The notes below the pieces were generated by a model, which saw nothing but the letters and a program-made list of their open reading frames with translations, was not told the DNA's origin and did no database searches. From Chloroflexota bacterium (lineage in GTDB: Bacteria; Chloroflexota; UBA11872; VXNJ01), in NCBI GenBank assembly GCA_965249595.1, contig OZ252242.1, forward strand, positions 197,433-261,432: a stretch of DNA of 64,000 nucleotides, in the 5' to 3' direction. Of this stretch, positions 30,736 to 40,521 are shown in pieces. The number at the start of each line of letters is the position of its first letter. The first letter of the stretch is position 1. Both the position numbers and the translations under genes were made by a program.

Positions 30736-30861
30736 CCTGGAATTGTTGAACCGGTATCTTCCGGTCCCACGGAGCGGGTCTTGATTGATGGCCAGCAAAG
30801 TTGCTAACCGGCGTGCAAAGACATCGCCGTAAAACGTGAAATCGGCTCGGATAGAATCGGG

Positions 30862-31000
30862 CGGCTCGGTCCAAAACCAATAGTTCGATCCGCTTGCCGG
30901 AAGGGTGTAAATCCCCCTGTTTCGGCAAAAAGCATCCGAAGGCGTTGGTTTGGGCGGCACCTGGCTGAGCTGGCGTTGACCGTGCCGGCAGGAGGGGATT
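30862..31000 (+). promoter_or_regulatory. Candidate structured 5' leader / translational RNA switch for coxG-S-L-M
   Basis: Long nested helix at 30862-30972; segment 30910-30927 can alternatively pair with the SD region at 30983-31000. Confidence 0.45.
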
Positions 31001-31004
31001 CGAG

Positions 31005-31451
31005 GTGGAGATAACCGGTGAACACCGATTTGCCGGACCGCGACCATTGCTTTATCGGATGCTTTTGGATCCAGAAGTGCTGGCCGCCACGCTGCCCGGG
31101 GTGGAGAGCTTTGATTTAGTTGACCCCGACACCTATGAGTCCAGCATGCGGGTGGGAATTGCCGCTGTACGCGGCACCTACCAGGGGCGTGTGGAGGTCC
31201 TTGAGCGGGTTCCGAACGAGTCATTCCGGCTTCGCATCGAAGGCGCCGGTCGGCCCGGTGGCGGTACCGCCGACGCGCGCATTCAGCTGGAGGAATCCGG
31301 CGCCGAAACCGTCATGCGTTACCGGGCCGAGGTGCGCGCAAGGGGCACCATTGCTCGCCTTGGCAACCGCCTGATGGGCGGGGCCGCCCGATTGTTGATC
31401 GGGCAGTTCTGCAAGGAAATCGAACAAAGAATTGAGAAAAGCGCCGCTTAG
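31005..31451 (+). CDS. coxG: CoxG / SRPBCC accessory protein
   Basis: L.DPEVL...[12 protein letters not shown] and G.IARLG.RL. Confidence 0.88.
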   Translation: MEITGEHRFAGPRPLLYRMLLDPEVLAATLPGVESFDLVDPDTYESSMRVGIAAVRGTYQGRVEVLERVPNESFRLRIEGAGRPGGGTADARIQLEESGAETVMRYRAEVRARGTIARLGNRLMGGAARLLIGQFCKEIEQRIEKSAA

Positions 31452-31483
31452 GCGGCACTGACACCGGCGACAAGGAGGTCGTA

Positions 31484-31963
31484 ATGTCTGATCCGGTTCC
31501 TATCTCCGTCCGCGTCAATGGAATAGTGCGGAAAGCCGCGGTCGAGCCGCGCTTGCTGCTGGCGTATTTCCTGCGCGAAGACCTCAACCTAACCGGCACC
31601 CATTTGGGCTGCGATACCAGCCAGTGCGGGGCCTGTACGGTACTGGTCGACGGGCAAAGCGTTAAGTCGTGCACGGCTTTTGCGGTCCAGGCCGACGGCG
31701 CCGAAGTAACCACTATTGAGGGCCTGGCCCAGAACGGCAAATTGCACGCCCTTCAGGACGGATTCTGGGAAGAGCACGGCCTGCAGTGCGGCTACTGCAC
31801 CCCCGGCATGATCATCTCGGCGCTTGATCTGCTGCAGAACAACCCCGACCCCAGCGACGCCGAGATCCGGGCCGGTATCTCCGGCAACTTCTGTCGCTGC
31901 ACCGGCTACCAGCACATTGTCAATTCGATCCGACACGCGGCCGAAAGGATGGCCAACCAATGA
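31484..31963 (+). CDS. coxS: 2x[2Fe-2S] small subunit
   Basis: [20 protein letters not shown] and GNFCRCTGY. Confidence 0.95.
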   Translation: MSDPVPISVRVNGIVRKAAVEPRLLLAYFLREDLNLTGTHLGCDTSQCGACTVLVDGQSVKSCTAFAVQADGAEVTTIEGLAQNGKLHALQDGFWEEHGLQCGYCTPGMIISALDLLQNNPDPSDAEIRAGISGNFCRCTGYQHIVNSIRHAAERMANQ

Positions 31964-34350
31964 GTACCCAAGTTGGATCGGTCCTGCCCAAGCTCATCGG
32001 CGAACGCGTCCGGCGCCGCGAGGACCCGCGTCTGATCCAGGGCCTGGCGACCTATGTCGACGACGTGAAGTTGCCCGGCATGCTGCACTTGGCGTTCAAG
32101 CGCTCTGATATCGCCCACGGGATCATCCGAAGCATCGACACCAGCGCCGCCGAAGCAATGGACGGCGTGGAACTTGTCATCACCGGCGCTCAACTGGCCG
32201 AGCACCTCGGCCCGATGCCGATCGGCACCCCATTCCCGGCTCCAGACCACCATTCGGCCGCCACCGACCGGGTGCGCTACGTCGGTGAACCGGTTGCCGC
32301 AGTGGTGGCTGAAGACCGCTACCTGGCCCGCGACGCCGCCGACGCGATCATGGTCGATATCGAAGAATTGCCTGCGGTTGTGGACCCCGAAGCGGCGATG
32401 GCCGCTGGCGCCGCCCTGATCCATTCCGATTTCGAGCGCAATGTCGCAGTCGATGGCGTATTCGGCGGCACCGGCGTAAACGCCGAGACCGCTCAGCCCG
32501 AGGACGACAGCGCCCTTGATGCGGCCTTCGCCGAGGCGGACGTGGTGATAAAGCAGCGAATGCTGAATCAGCGTCTGGCGCCAAGCGCGATGGAACCGCG
32601 CGGCGTCGTGGCCCACTACGAGACCGGCCGCGATTACCTGACGATCTGGAGCGCGACCCAGAACCCGCACATCCTGCGCACCCTGGTTGCCGGGATGCTC
32701 GGAATCGGCGAGCACCAGGTGCGTGCGATCGCCCCCGAAGTGGGAGGCGGGTTTGGCTGCAAGATCAATATCTACGGAGAGGAATACACCGCCGCCGTCC
32801 TATCGCGGATGACCGGGGCGCCGATCAAGTGGATCGAGGACCGCACCGAAGCGTTCCTGGCCACAACCCACGGACGTGATTTGCTCGGCGATATCGAGAT
32901 TGCGGCCAAGCGCGACGGGACGATCACCGCCATCCGGGCCGGTTTACTGGTCGACATCGGCGCCTACCAGATGCTGTTAACGGCGATCATCCCGACACTT
33001 ACCGGGTTGATGATGAACGGCGTCTACCAGGTTCCGGTGGTGCGCCATGGACTGACCGAGGTCTACACCAACAAGACCCCGACCGACGCCTACCGCGGCG
33101 CCGGCCGTCCCGAGGCGATCTATTTCCTGGAGCGGATAGTCGATATGCTGGCACGCGAGTTGGAGATGGATCCGGCCGAGCTGCGACGCAAGAACTTCAT
33201 GCCCGCCGAGGAGTTTCCATACGCGACCCAGACCGGACTGGTCTACGACTCCGGCAACTACGCCGCCGCTCTGGACAAGGCGCTGGATGTGGCCGATTGG
33301 AATGGGTTGCTCGCCGAACGCGACGCGGCCCGCGCCGAAGGCCGCATCGTCGGCGTGGGGATGTCTTTTTATGTCGAAGTCTGTGGGCTGGGGCCCTCCT
33401 CGACCGTACCGGTCGGCGGCTGGGAACATGCCGGTGTGACCATCGAGCGCGGTGGCAAGGTCACCGCCACCACCGGCGCGTCGCCGCACGGCCAGGGCAA
33501 CGAGACCACGTTTGCGCAGATGCTGGCCGACCACTTCTCAATCCCCATTGACGACATAACGATCCTGCACGGGGATACCGGCATCGTTAAGCAGGGGGTT
33601 GGGACCTTTGGCAGTCGTTCACAGGCAGTCGGTGGGGCGGCGCTGATGCTCGCCGCCGGCAAGACCAGTGACAAGATGAAGCAGTTTGCGGCTGCGCTGC
33701 TATCTGACCAGGAGGTTTCGACCGAAGACCTGGAGTTCGTCGACGGGCAAATCCGGGCAAGTGGGCGACCCGAGGTGAGCAAGACGTTTGCCGAGGTGGC
33801 CGACTTTGCCTACATCCCGGTGCCGCTGCCGCCGGGGATGGAACCCGGACTCTCGGAAGAGGCGTTTTACGAGCCCGAGAACAACACCTACCCATTCGGG
33901 TGCCACATCTCGATGATCGAGGTCGATCGTGACACGGGCGAGCCGCGCCTGCTCAAGGTTGTTGCCGTAGATGACTGCGGCAACGTGATCAATCCGCTGA
34001 TCGTCGAGGGTCAGGTGCATGGCGGACTGGCCCAGGGCATCGGCCAGGCGATGTTCGAAGAGGTTCTATTCGACCAGGAAGGGCAGCCGCTTACGGCCAG
34101 TTTCATGGACTACGTGATGCCGCGCGCGGCCGACCTGCCGCACTTCGAACTCGATCGCACAGTCACCCCCACCCCGGTCAACCCTCTCGGGACCAAGGGA
34201 GTCGGCGAAGCCGGCACCATCGGCGTCACACCCTGCGTGATGAACGCTGCCGTGGACGCCCTGGCGCCGTTTGGCGTCAAGCACATCGACATGCCGCTGC
34301 GGCCCGAGCGCCTGTGGCGCCTGATCCAGCAGAACGGAGGCCAATCGTGA
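31960..34350 (+). CDS. coxL: Xanthine-oxidase family molybdopterin large subunit, form II CoxL/CutA-like (copy 2)
   Basis: AYRGAGRPE (form II signature), GGGFGCK and KGVGEAG; ATGA overlap with coxS. Confidence 0.92.
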   Translation: MSTQVGSVLPKLIGERVRRREDPRLIQGLATYVDDVKLPGMLHLAFKRSDIAHGIIRSIDTSAAEAMDGVELVITGAQLAEHLGPMPIGTPFPAPDHHSAATDRVRYVGEPVAAVVAEDRYLARDAADAIMVDIEELPAVVDPEAAMAAGAALIHSDFERNVAVDGVFGGTGVNAETAQPEDDSALDAAFAEADVVIKQRMLNQRLAPSAMEPRGVVAHYETGRDYLTIWSATQNPHILRTLVAGMLGIGEHQVRAIAPEVGGGFGCKINIYGEEYTAAVLSRMTGAPIKWIEDRTEAFLATTHGRDLLGDIEIAAKRDGTITAIRAGLLVDIGAYQMLLTAIIPTLTGLMMNGVYQVPVVRHGLTEVYTNKTPTDAYRGAGRPEAIYFLERIVDMLARELEMDPAELRRKNFMPAEEFPYATQTGLVYDSGNYAAALDKALDVADWNGLLAERDAARAEGRIVGVGMSFYVEVCGLGPSSTVPVGGWEHAGVTIERGGKVTATTGASPHGQGNETTFAQMLADHFSIPIDDITILHGDTGIVKQGVGTFGSRSQAVGGAALMLAAGKTSDKMKQFAAALLSDQEVSTEDLEFVDGQIRASGRPEVSKTFAEVADFAYIPVPLPPGMEPGLSEEAFYEPENNTYPFGCHISMIEVDRDTGEPRLLKVVAVDDCGNVINPLIVEGQVHGGLAQGIGQAMFEEVLFDQEGQPLTASFMDYVMPRAADLPHFELDRTVTPTPVNPLGTKGVGEAGTIGVTPCVMNAAVDALAPFGVKHIDMPLRPERLWRLIQQNGGQS

Positions 34351-35198
34351 TTCCAACTTCGTTTGATTACCGCCGCGCCGGCAGCATCGGCGAAGCCCTT
34401 TCGCTGCTGCGTGACGGCGGCGAAGAGGCCAAGTTGCTGGCCGGCGGACACAGCCTGATCCCCATCATGAAACATCGCCTGGCCGAGCCGGGACTGCTGA
34501 TTGATATCGGCGGGATTGCCGAGTTGCGGGGGATTTCCTGCGACGGTAAGCAAATCTCGATCGGTTCGGGAACCACCCACGCCGAACTGGCCGGTTCCGA
34601 CCTCCTGCGGGCGTACGCCCCGATCGTGTCGGAGACAGCGGCTGAAATCGGCGACATGCAGGTCCGCAACCGCGGCACGATCGGCGGAAGCCTTGCCCAT
34701 GCCGATCCGGGCGCCGACCTTCCGGCGGTGCTGGTGGCGCTCAATGCCCGGATTGATCTGCAGGGCCCCGGCGGCCAACGGACCGTGTCAGCCGATGATT
34801 TCTTCCAAGACATCCTCACCGTCGATCTGGGTGAGGACGAGATCATCATCGGGGTCCGCTTTAACGGTCGTCGATCCGCCGCTTACGCAAAGCTGGAGCA
34901 ACGCGCATCGCGTTTTGCCCTGGTCGGAGTGGCGGCGGCGCTTGATATCAGCGGCGGCATCTGCCGCTCGGCCAGCGTTGCCGTAACCGGAGCCTCAAGC
35001 CACGCCCAGCGCCTTGTGGCGGTGGAGGGCGCCTTAAGCGGTGCCGGGCTGCCCGCAGGGGCGGCCGCGGCGGCGGCGGGCGCCGGCGCCGGGCTCGAAT
35101 TCGTCAACGCCGACCTGCACGGCAGCGAGCAATATCGCCGCGCCATGGTCTCTGTTTTTGCTCGCCGGGCGATCGAGGCCGCTGCCGCCAGAGGCTAA
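34347..35198 (+). CDS. coxM: FAD-binding medium subunit
   Basis: F.Y.R, LAGGHSLIP, IGD.QVRNRGTIGG and ADL.GS..YR; GTGA overlap with GGAGG SD. Confidence 0.93.
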   Translation: MIPTSFDYRRAGSIGEALSLLRDGGEEAKLLAGGHSLIPIMKHRLAEPGLLIDIGGIAELRGISCDGKQISIGSGTTHAELAGSDLLRAYAPIVSETAAEIGDMQVRNRGTIGGSLAHADPGADLPAVLVALNARIDLQGPGGQRTVSADDFFQDILTVDLGEDEIIIGVRFNGRRSAAYAKLEQRASRFALVGVAAALDISGGICRSASVAVTGASSHAQRLVAVEGALSGAGLPAGAAAAAAGAGAGLEFVNADLHGSEQYRRAMVSVFARRAIEAAAARG

Positions 35199-35216
35199 GC
35201 AGCTAAAAACTTAGTC

Positions 35217-35248
35217 CCATAACTCCCCGGCCGGCCGGGGAGTTATGG
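35217..35248. terminator. Perfect 32-bp palindrome, probable terminator between convergent coxM and the fhs remnant
   Basis: CCATAACTCCCCGGCCGGCCGGGGAGTTATGG equals its own reverse complement. Confidence 0.6.
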
Positions 35249-35345
35249 CTGCCATTTACGGGCCGTCGGCGCCGATTCCGGTGCCTGCAGAAGGTCGTCT
35301 GCTCCGGGAAAGCTCGCCCCTGACAAGCCGGCAACAGCCGGGCGA

Positions 35346-35686
35346 TTAGAGCCCGACGATGTCGCCCGCGGCGTCCACATCCAGTGCCCGCGGAATCTTG
35401 GGCCGGCCGGGCATGGTCATGATGGAGCTGGCGATCGGATATGCGAAGCCGGCGCCGGTGGAGGCACGGCAGTCATCGATCTCGAATGTGCCAGGTAGGG
35501 CGGCTGCGGCGTCGCGGGTCGTGCGACAACGACATTGGGGTTTTGGGCCATACACACCGGCAGGTCTGATAGCCCCTGTCGCTCATAACGCCGCCGCTGG
35601 CGCGCCGCGCGCGGGCTCCAGCGGACATTTCGCGCACCGTAGATCTTGGTTGCCAACGCTTCTACTTTCGCGCTGATCGACAAATC
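35346..35686 (-). pseudogene. fhs: C-terminal remnant of formate-tetrahydrofolate ligase with two frameshifts
   Basis: Across three frames: SISAKVEALATKIYGA..LPVCMA / KTPMSLSHDP / GAGF..IMTMPG.PK.P.ALDVD..G.IVGL. Confidence 0.85.
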
Positions 35687-35918
35687 CGATTTCACTATCA
35701 CCGAGCGCCTGATTGCCAATCAGGCCCATCAACTCCTCGACGCCCGCGTTGCAGATCTGACCCGCCGCGGCCTGGCGCTGGAGACGTTCCTGGCAAAACG
35801 CGGCATGGACAACCAATCTCTCCAACAGCAGGCCCACGAGGACGCCGAAAAAATGATCCGCAATTCGCCCATCATCCGCGAATTTGCAGACGCCCGTGAG
35901 ATCGAGGTCGCCCCCTGA
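35670..35918 (+). pseudogene. tig: Internal fragment of the trigger factor C-terminal domain
   Basis: ALIDKSDFTI..RLI......L.RRGL.LETFL...G........A...AEK.IR.S.I...A....IEV pattern; no N-terminal or PPIase domain. Confidence 0.65.
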
Positions 35919-36137
35919 CCGCCACACTGCAATTGACAATCTACGCGGTTGCTCTGTGCCCAGCACCATTTGTTGCAATCGTTCCAGCTGAAGCGCCGCG
36001 ACCGCCCCTCTGTCACCCTAACGAGTTGACCATTCCGGCGCCGGGCGGGTCATTTGATTGATAATTTCACTTGCGTGATCGGCCGATCGGTCGGCTTGCC
36101 GAGTAATTCTTAAATCCATCAGGACCTGCAGACCAGC

Positions 36138-37454
36138 TTGCGCCGACGACTTCTAGTAATGGCGGCCTCCATCATCGCTTTGGTTGCGATGGCGGTCTAT
36201 ATCGACTACCCCGATACGCCCGGTTTTCCCGGCGAAGTCCTGGGGCGCGACCTCTCCGACCTTTCCTTTCGCCAGGGGCTAGATCTACAGGGTGGATTGC
36301 ACGTTGTCTTCCAGGCCGATCTGGCCGACGGACAGACCCTCGAGGACGGATCGATGGACGCCGTCCGGCAGATCCTGGAGAACCGGGTCGACGCATTGGG
36401 GGTGGCCGAACCACAGGTTCAACTTGAGGGTGAAGACCGGGTAATCGTCGAACTGCCGGGAATTGAAGATCCCGATGAGGCCATTGCCCTTTTCAAGCAA
36501 ACCGGACGATTGCAGATCATCAACACTGGCCGCGAGTACATACCGCCCGGCGAGACGGTGGACCCGGCAGGGCGGGGGTTCGAGGTTGTCTTGACCGGAT
36601 CCCATCTTCAGGGCGCTGATCTAAGTTACGACCAGATCGGAAACCCGGTAGTCCAGTTTCAAATCAATGAGGAGGGCGCCGAAATATTCGGCGAACACAC
36701 CGGGTCTAATTTGGGCCAGCTGCTCTCGGTGGTGGTTGACGGAGTTGTGATCAATTCCGCCAACATTGCCGCCCGAATCACCGACAGTGGTCAGATTGAC
36801 GGCATAGAGTCGCTCGTTGAAGCCCGCAATCTGATGATTCAGCTGCGCTACGGTGCGCTACCGGTTCCCCTAAAAGTCATCCGCAACATCTCGGTGGGGC
36901 CGACCCTGGGAGCCGATTCACTCGATAAGAGCGTTCGCGCCGGCCTGGTCGGATTCGCCATGGTTATCCTCTTCATGATTGCCTATTACCGCCTGCCCGG
37001 CGCAGTGGCGGCCGTCGCCCTGATCATCTACGCGCTGTTGGTGTTCGCAGCGTTCAAATTGATCCCGGTAACCCTCACCCTGGCCGGAATCGCCGGATTC
37101 ATCCTGTCGATCGGCATGGCCGTTGATGCCAATATCCTCATCTTTGAACGGACTCGCGAGGAACTGCGCAACGGAGTCTCGCTAACCCGGGCTATTCATA
37201 TCGGGTTCCGGCGGGCCTGGTCCTCCATTCGCGATTCAAATATCGCCACGCTCATTACCTGCCTGGTGCTTTGGTACTTCGGCACCGGTTTGGTCAAGGG
37301 GTTCGCGCTAACCCTGGGTATCGGGGTATTGATTTCCATGTTTTCGGCCATCTCCATCAGCCGAACGATCCTGCTGCTGCTGGTGCGCACCCGACGTTGG
37401 GATCCCGGGCGACTCTTCGGGGTTGAGGTCTCCGATTCCCGAGGCGGCGGCTAA
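36138..37454 (+). CDS. secD: Protein translocase subunit SecD
   Basis: GLDLQGG, RVDALGVAEP, GALP, VGPTLG and GMAVDANILIFER. Confidence 0.97.
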   Translation: MRRRLLVMAASIIALVAMAVYIDYPDTPGFPGEVLGRDLSDLSFRQGLDLQGGLHVVFQADLADGQTLEDGSMDAVRQILENRVDALGVAEPQVQLEGEDRVIVELPGIEDPDEAIALFKQTGRLQIINTGREYIPPGETVDPAGRGFEVVLTGSHLQGADLSYDQIGNPVVQFQINEEGAEIFGEHTGSNLGQLLSVVVDGVVINSANIAARITDSGQIDGIESLVEARNLMIQLRYGALPVPLKVIRNISVGPTLGADSLDKSVRAGLVGFAMVILFMIAYYRLPGAVAAVALIIYALLVFAAFKLIPVTLTLAGIAGFILSIGMAVDANILIFERTREELRNGVSLTRAIHIGFRRAWSSIRDSNIATLITCLVLWYFGTGLVKGFALTLGIGVLISMFSAISISRTILLLLVRTRRWDPGRLFGVEVSDSRGGG

Positions 37455-37460
37455 GTCCTG

Positions 37461-38381
37461 ATGTTTCCTTTAATCGCGCCGCGCCGCTGGCTGCTCAGCT
37501 TCTCCGCTCTGGTCGTGATCGCCTCGGCGGCCCTGTTGCTCACCTACGGCGTCAATTTAGGAATCGACTTTACGTCAGGGTCCCTGGCGCGCATCGAGTT
37601 GGGTGAACCAGACCAGCGCGAACGGGCCGAATCGATCCTGCAATCGGCCGAAATCCCGGGAGCCGAGGTCCAGGCATCGGACGGGACCACCTACCTGATT
37701 CGCACCGCCGAACTGAGCGCGGATCAAAAGGACCGCCTGGAGTCGGCGTTGGCGGATCAGTTTCCATCTTTTGAAATGATCTCATTCGATTTCGTCGGAC
37801 CGGTGGTGGGTGAAGAGCTCACCCGCAACGCCGCCCTGGCCGTCGCCGGCGCTTCAATCGCCATCCTGCTCTATCTGACATGGTCGTTTCGCACCGTGGC
37901 CAATTCATTTCGCTTTGGTCTGGTCGCGGTGCTTACCTTGGTCCACGATGTGTTGGTGTTGCTTGGCGTGTTTGCGATTCTGGGGCAGACGATGGGAGTC
38001 CAGGTTGACTCGATGTTCGTAACCGCCGCCCTTACGGTGGCCGGGTTCTCCGTCCACGACACCATCGTGGTGTTCGACCGTATCCGTGAAAACCAATCTC
38101 GCTATCGCGGCACGGCGTTCTCGTTGATTGTTAATTTTTCGCTAAATCAATCCCTCGATCGTTCCCTGAACACATCGGTGACCGCGATATTTGTACTCGT
38201 CGCCCTACTGCTGTTGGGTGGGCCCACAATCCGTGAATTCGTTCTCGCCTTGCTCATCGGGATCGTGGTCGGCACTTGGTCGTCAATATTTACGGCGGCG
38301 CAGTTGTTGGTGGTCTGGGAGGAGAGCGTAGGCGAAGGGGGCGTTGGCTCCCGACTGGCCGGCGCCTTCAAGCGCCGCTAA
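37461..38381 (+). CDS. secF: Protein translocase subunit SecF
   Basis: LGIDFTSG, VGP.VG.EL, HD, SVHDTIVVFDRIREN and RS.NTS. Confidence 0.97.
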   Translation: MFPLIAPRRWLLSFSALVVIASAALLLTYGVNLGIDFTSGSLARIELGEPDQRERAESILQSAEIPGAEVQASDGTTYLIRTAELSADQKDRLESALADQFPSFEMISFDFVGPVVGEELTRNAALAVAGASIAILLYLTWSFRTVANSFRFGLVAVLTLVHDVLVLLGVFAILGQTMGVQVDSMFVTAALTVAGFSVHDTIVVFDRIRENQSRYRGTAFSLIVNFSLNQSLDRSLNTSVTAIFVLVALLLLGGPTIREFVLALLIGIVVGTWSSIFTAAQLLVVWEESVGEGGVGSRLAGAFKRR

Positions 38382-38428
38382 GCACCGGCGGGTCTGGATC
38401 CGAACTTTAAGTTCGCTTGCGGGGCGGC

Positions 38429-38872
38429 CTAACGCGGCTGGATGCGGGCCACTTTCTGGCCGTATTCAACCGTTTCGGCATCCTCGGCGAAGAACCCCAT
38501 CAGCTCGCCAGCCTTGGTCGCGGCAACCGGATGGTAATGATCCAGGGTATCTATAAAGCCAATCGGCTGACCGGCCTCAACCAGCGAGCCGATTCGGGCG
38601 GCGACCTCTTCGCCATCCCTATCACCGCGGCGAAAGATCCCGACGTTGCGGCTGACGACCTCTATTGCCGTGGCGGCCTCGATCTCCTCGGCAGTGGGGG
38701 CGGGGGCTTGATCCTCGGCCCGTGCATCGGGCTGCAGCTGCACGCGGATCGATCCCTGCTCCGAACTTATCGTCACCTCTTCGATATCGGTCCCGGCCAC
38801 CGTCTCCAGGATGGAACTCAAAGTTTCATCGAGCAGGCGGTTCCAATCGGCGCGACGTACGTTGTTATTCAT
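38429..38872 (-). CDS. AccB/BCCP-like biotinyl-domain protein lacking the biotinylated lysine
   Basis: S..VGIF, G..V..GQ.IGFI and VEYGQ; the EAMK position reads DTLD; ATGA-coupled to efp. Confidence 0.8.
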   Translation of the reverse strand: MNNNVRRADWNRLLDETLSSILETVAGTDIEEVTISSEQGSIRVQLQPDARAEDQAPAPTAEEIEAATAIEVVSRNVGIFRRGDRDGEEVAARIGSLVEAGQPIGFIDTLDHYHPVAATKAGELMGFFAEDAETVEYGQKVARIQPR

Positions 38873-39432
38873 CGGCGGCGGCGCTCGATATAGGCGCCGG
38901 TCGATGTCGATACGACGACCGTTTCGCCGGTGGTGATAAAAAGCGGCACCTGGGTCGTCAGGCCGGTTTCGAGCAGGGCCGGCTTGGTCACGCCGGTGGC
39001 GGTATCGCCCCGGTGCCCGGGGTCGGTCGATTCAATCTTTGCCGCGACCGTGGCTGGCAGCTGGCAGGCAAGGATGTCATCGCCCTCGGTTAGCAGATCA
39101 ATCATCAACTGCGGAACCAGATAGTTGACGCCATCGCCCAGCATGGCGGCGTCCAAGATGATCTCCTCGAAGTTTTCCATGTCCATAAAGTGGTGACCGG
39201 CGCCATCGGAATAGAGGAACTGCACCTGGCGGGTTTTCGTGCGTACGCGCTCGAAGCGGCGGGTGGCCGAAAAGGACCGGTCAGTCGTTGAACCGGTCGC
39301 CATATTGCGCAGGCGCACGTTCAACTTGGCTCCGCCGCGGCCAATCTTCTGATGGCGTGCATCGACCACTTGGACCCGCTCACCATCGAGTCGAATGATC
39401 ATTCCGTTGCGGACTTCATTGGATGAGAGCAT
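38869..39432 (-). CDS. efp: Elongation factor P (Arg-type loop HQKIGRGGA)
   Basis: QFLY, FMD.E.FE, PG.RGDTA, KPA.LETG and VPLFI. Confidence 0.97.
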   Translation of the reverse strand: MLSSNEVRNGMIIRLDGERVQVVDARHQKIGRGGAKLNVRLRNMATGSTTDRSFSATRRFERVRTKTRQVQFLYSDGAGHHFMDMENFEEIILDAAMLGDGVNYLVPQLMIDLLTEGDDILACQLPATVAAKIESTDPGHRGDTATGVTKPALLETGLTTQVPLFITTGETVVVSTSTGAYIERRRR

Positions 39433-39465
39433 GGCAGTCGCTTACTGAGTTATTAAAAAGCGGGC

Positions 39466-40521
39466 TCAACGGGGCGTGGCAGTGAGAATCTCGGGTCCGC
39501 CAGAGCCTATCAGGACAAGGTCTTCGATGCGGATCCCGCCCCAGTCGGGCAAGTATATTCCCGGCTCAATTGAATGAACCATTCCAACTCCCAAGGTATC
39601 GGTGGAAGTGGCGGCCAGGCGCGGGGCTTCGTGAATTTCCAATCCCACGCCATGTCCCAAACCGTGTCCGAAGAAGTCGCCATAGCCGGCACCGTCAATT
39701 ACCGCTCGCGCTGCCGCATCGGCGGCCTTGCCGCCGGCCCCGGCTACGGAAGCTTCGATTCCGGCGCGATTGGCGGCGAGCACGATTTGATAGATCTCAC
39801 AAAACCGGGCGCCGGGTTGCCCGGCACAAAAGGTCCGTGTGATGTCGGAATGGTATCCGTCAAGCAGCGCCCCCAAATCCACGACCACCGCGTCGCCTTT
39901 GGCGATTACTGTGTTCGAAGGCATATGGTGCGGACGCGCCGAATTTATTCCGGTGGCCACGATGATGTCAAAACCGGCTTTCTCGGCCCCGGCGTCCAAA
40001 AAAGCAGAATACAGGTTGGCGGCGACAGCCCGTTCGGTGACCCCCGGAGCGACCAATTTGGCGGCCATTCCCATGACTTCATCGGCGATGGCCACGGCTT
40101 GCCGCAGCGTTGCGATTTCAGCTTCATCTTTGTATAAGCGCAGCTCTTCAACCCACCCGGCCGCACTCACCAGGCGAGGACCAGCAGCGCTGATTCGTCG
40201 GTGTCGGCGCACCGACAGATCGGCATCGTCAAACCCAACCTGATCCTGACCGTCAGCCAGCGCCCAGGCCAGCGCCATCAACGCCGGATCGCCGCTGCCG
40301 ATATGGGTGTTAAAACCCTGGGCCTGGGCCGCCGATTGGACCTCGTACCGCCCGTCGGTAAACAACTCGCGTCGCCCGGGTCCCACCAAAAGGGCGCCGG
40401 CGGACCCCGAAAAACCGGAGAGGTAGCGCCGGTTGGGGTCCGCCGTAACAAGCAGCGACGAGACCTCGGCTTGCCGACAGCGATCGTCGATCCTGAGGCA
40501 GCGGTTAAGCGCTTCCGTCAT
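39466..40521 (-). CDS. Xaa-Pro aminopeptidase (M24B)
   Basis: YLSGFSGS, TDGRY, DLG...GY.SDITRT, HGLGHGVGLEIHE and EPGIY..GIRIED. Confidence 0.95.
   Translation of the reverse strand: MTEALNRCLRIDDRCRQAEVSSLLVTADPNRRYLSGFSGSAGALLVGPGRRELFTDGRYEVQSAAQAQGFNTHIGSGDPALMALAWALADGQDQVGFDDADLSVRRHRRISAAGPRLVSAAGWVEELRLYKDEAEIATLRQAVAIADEVMGMAAKLVAPGVTERAVAANLYSAFLDAGAEKAGFDIIVATGINSARPHHMPSNTVIAKGDAVVVDLGALLDGYHSDITRTFCAGQPGARFCEIYQIVLAANRAGIEASVAGAGGKAADAAARAVIDGAGYGDFFGHGLGHGVGLEIHEAPRLAATSTDTLGVGMVHSIEPGIYLPDWGGIRIEDLVLIGSGGPEILTATPR

Noticed and set aside
30862-30972. SRP RNA, 6S RNA or Moco riboswitch
   Set aside because: It lacks the SRP CAGG..GGAA..AGCAG core and Moco consensus and is short for 6S; kept only as an unknown leader
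28807-31224. 805-aa antisense ORF, plus other long shadow ORFs such as 49331-50413
   Set aside because: They lie opposite well-supported genes; stop-poor antisense frames are expected in GC-rich coding DNA
28345-34350. True (form I) aerobic CO dehydrogenase
   Set aside because: The active-site loop is AYRGAGR, not AYXCSFR, and coxDEF are absent
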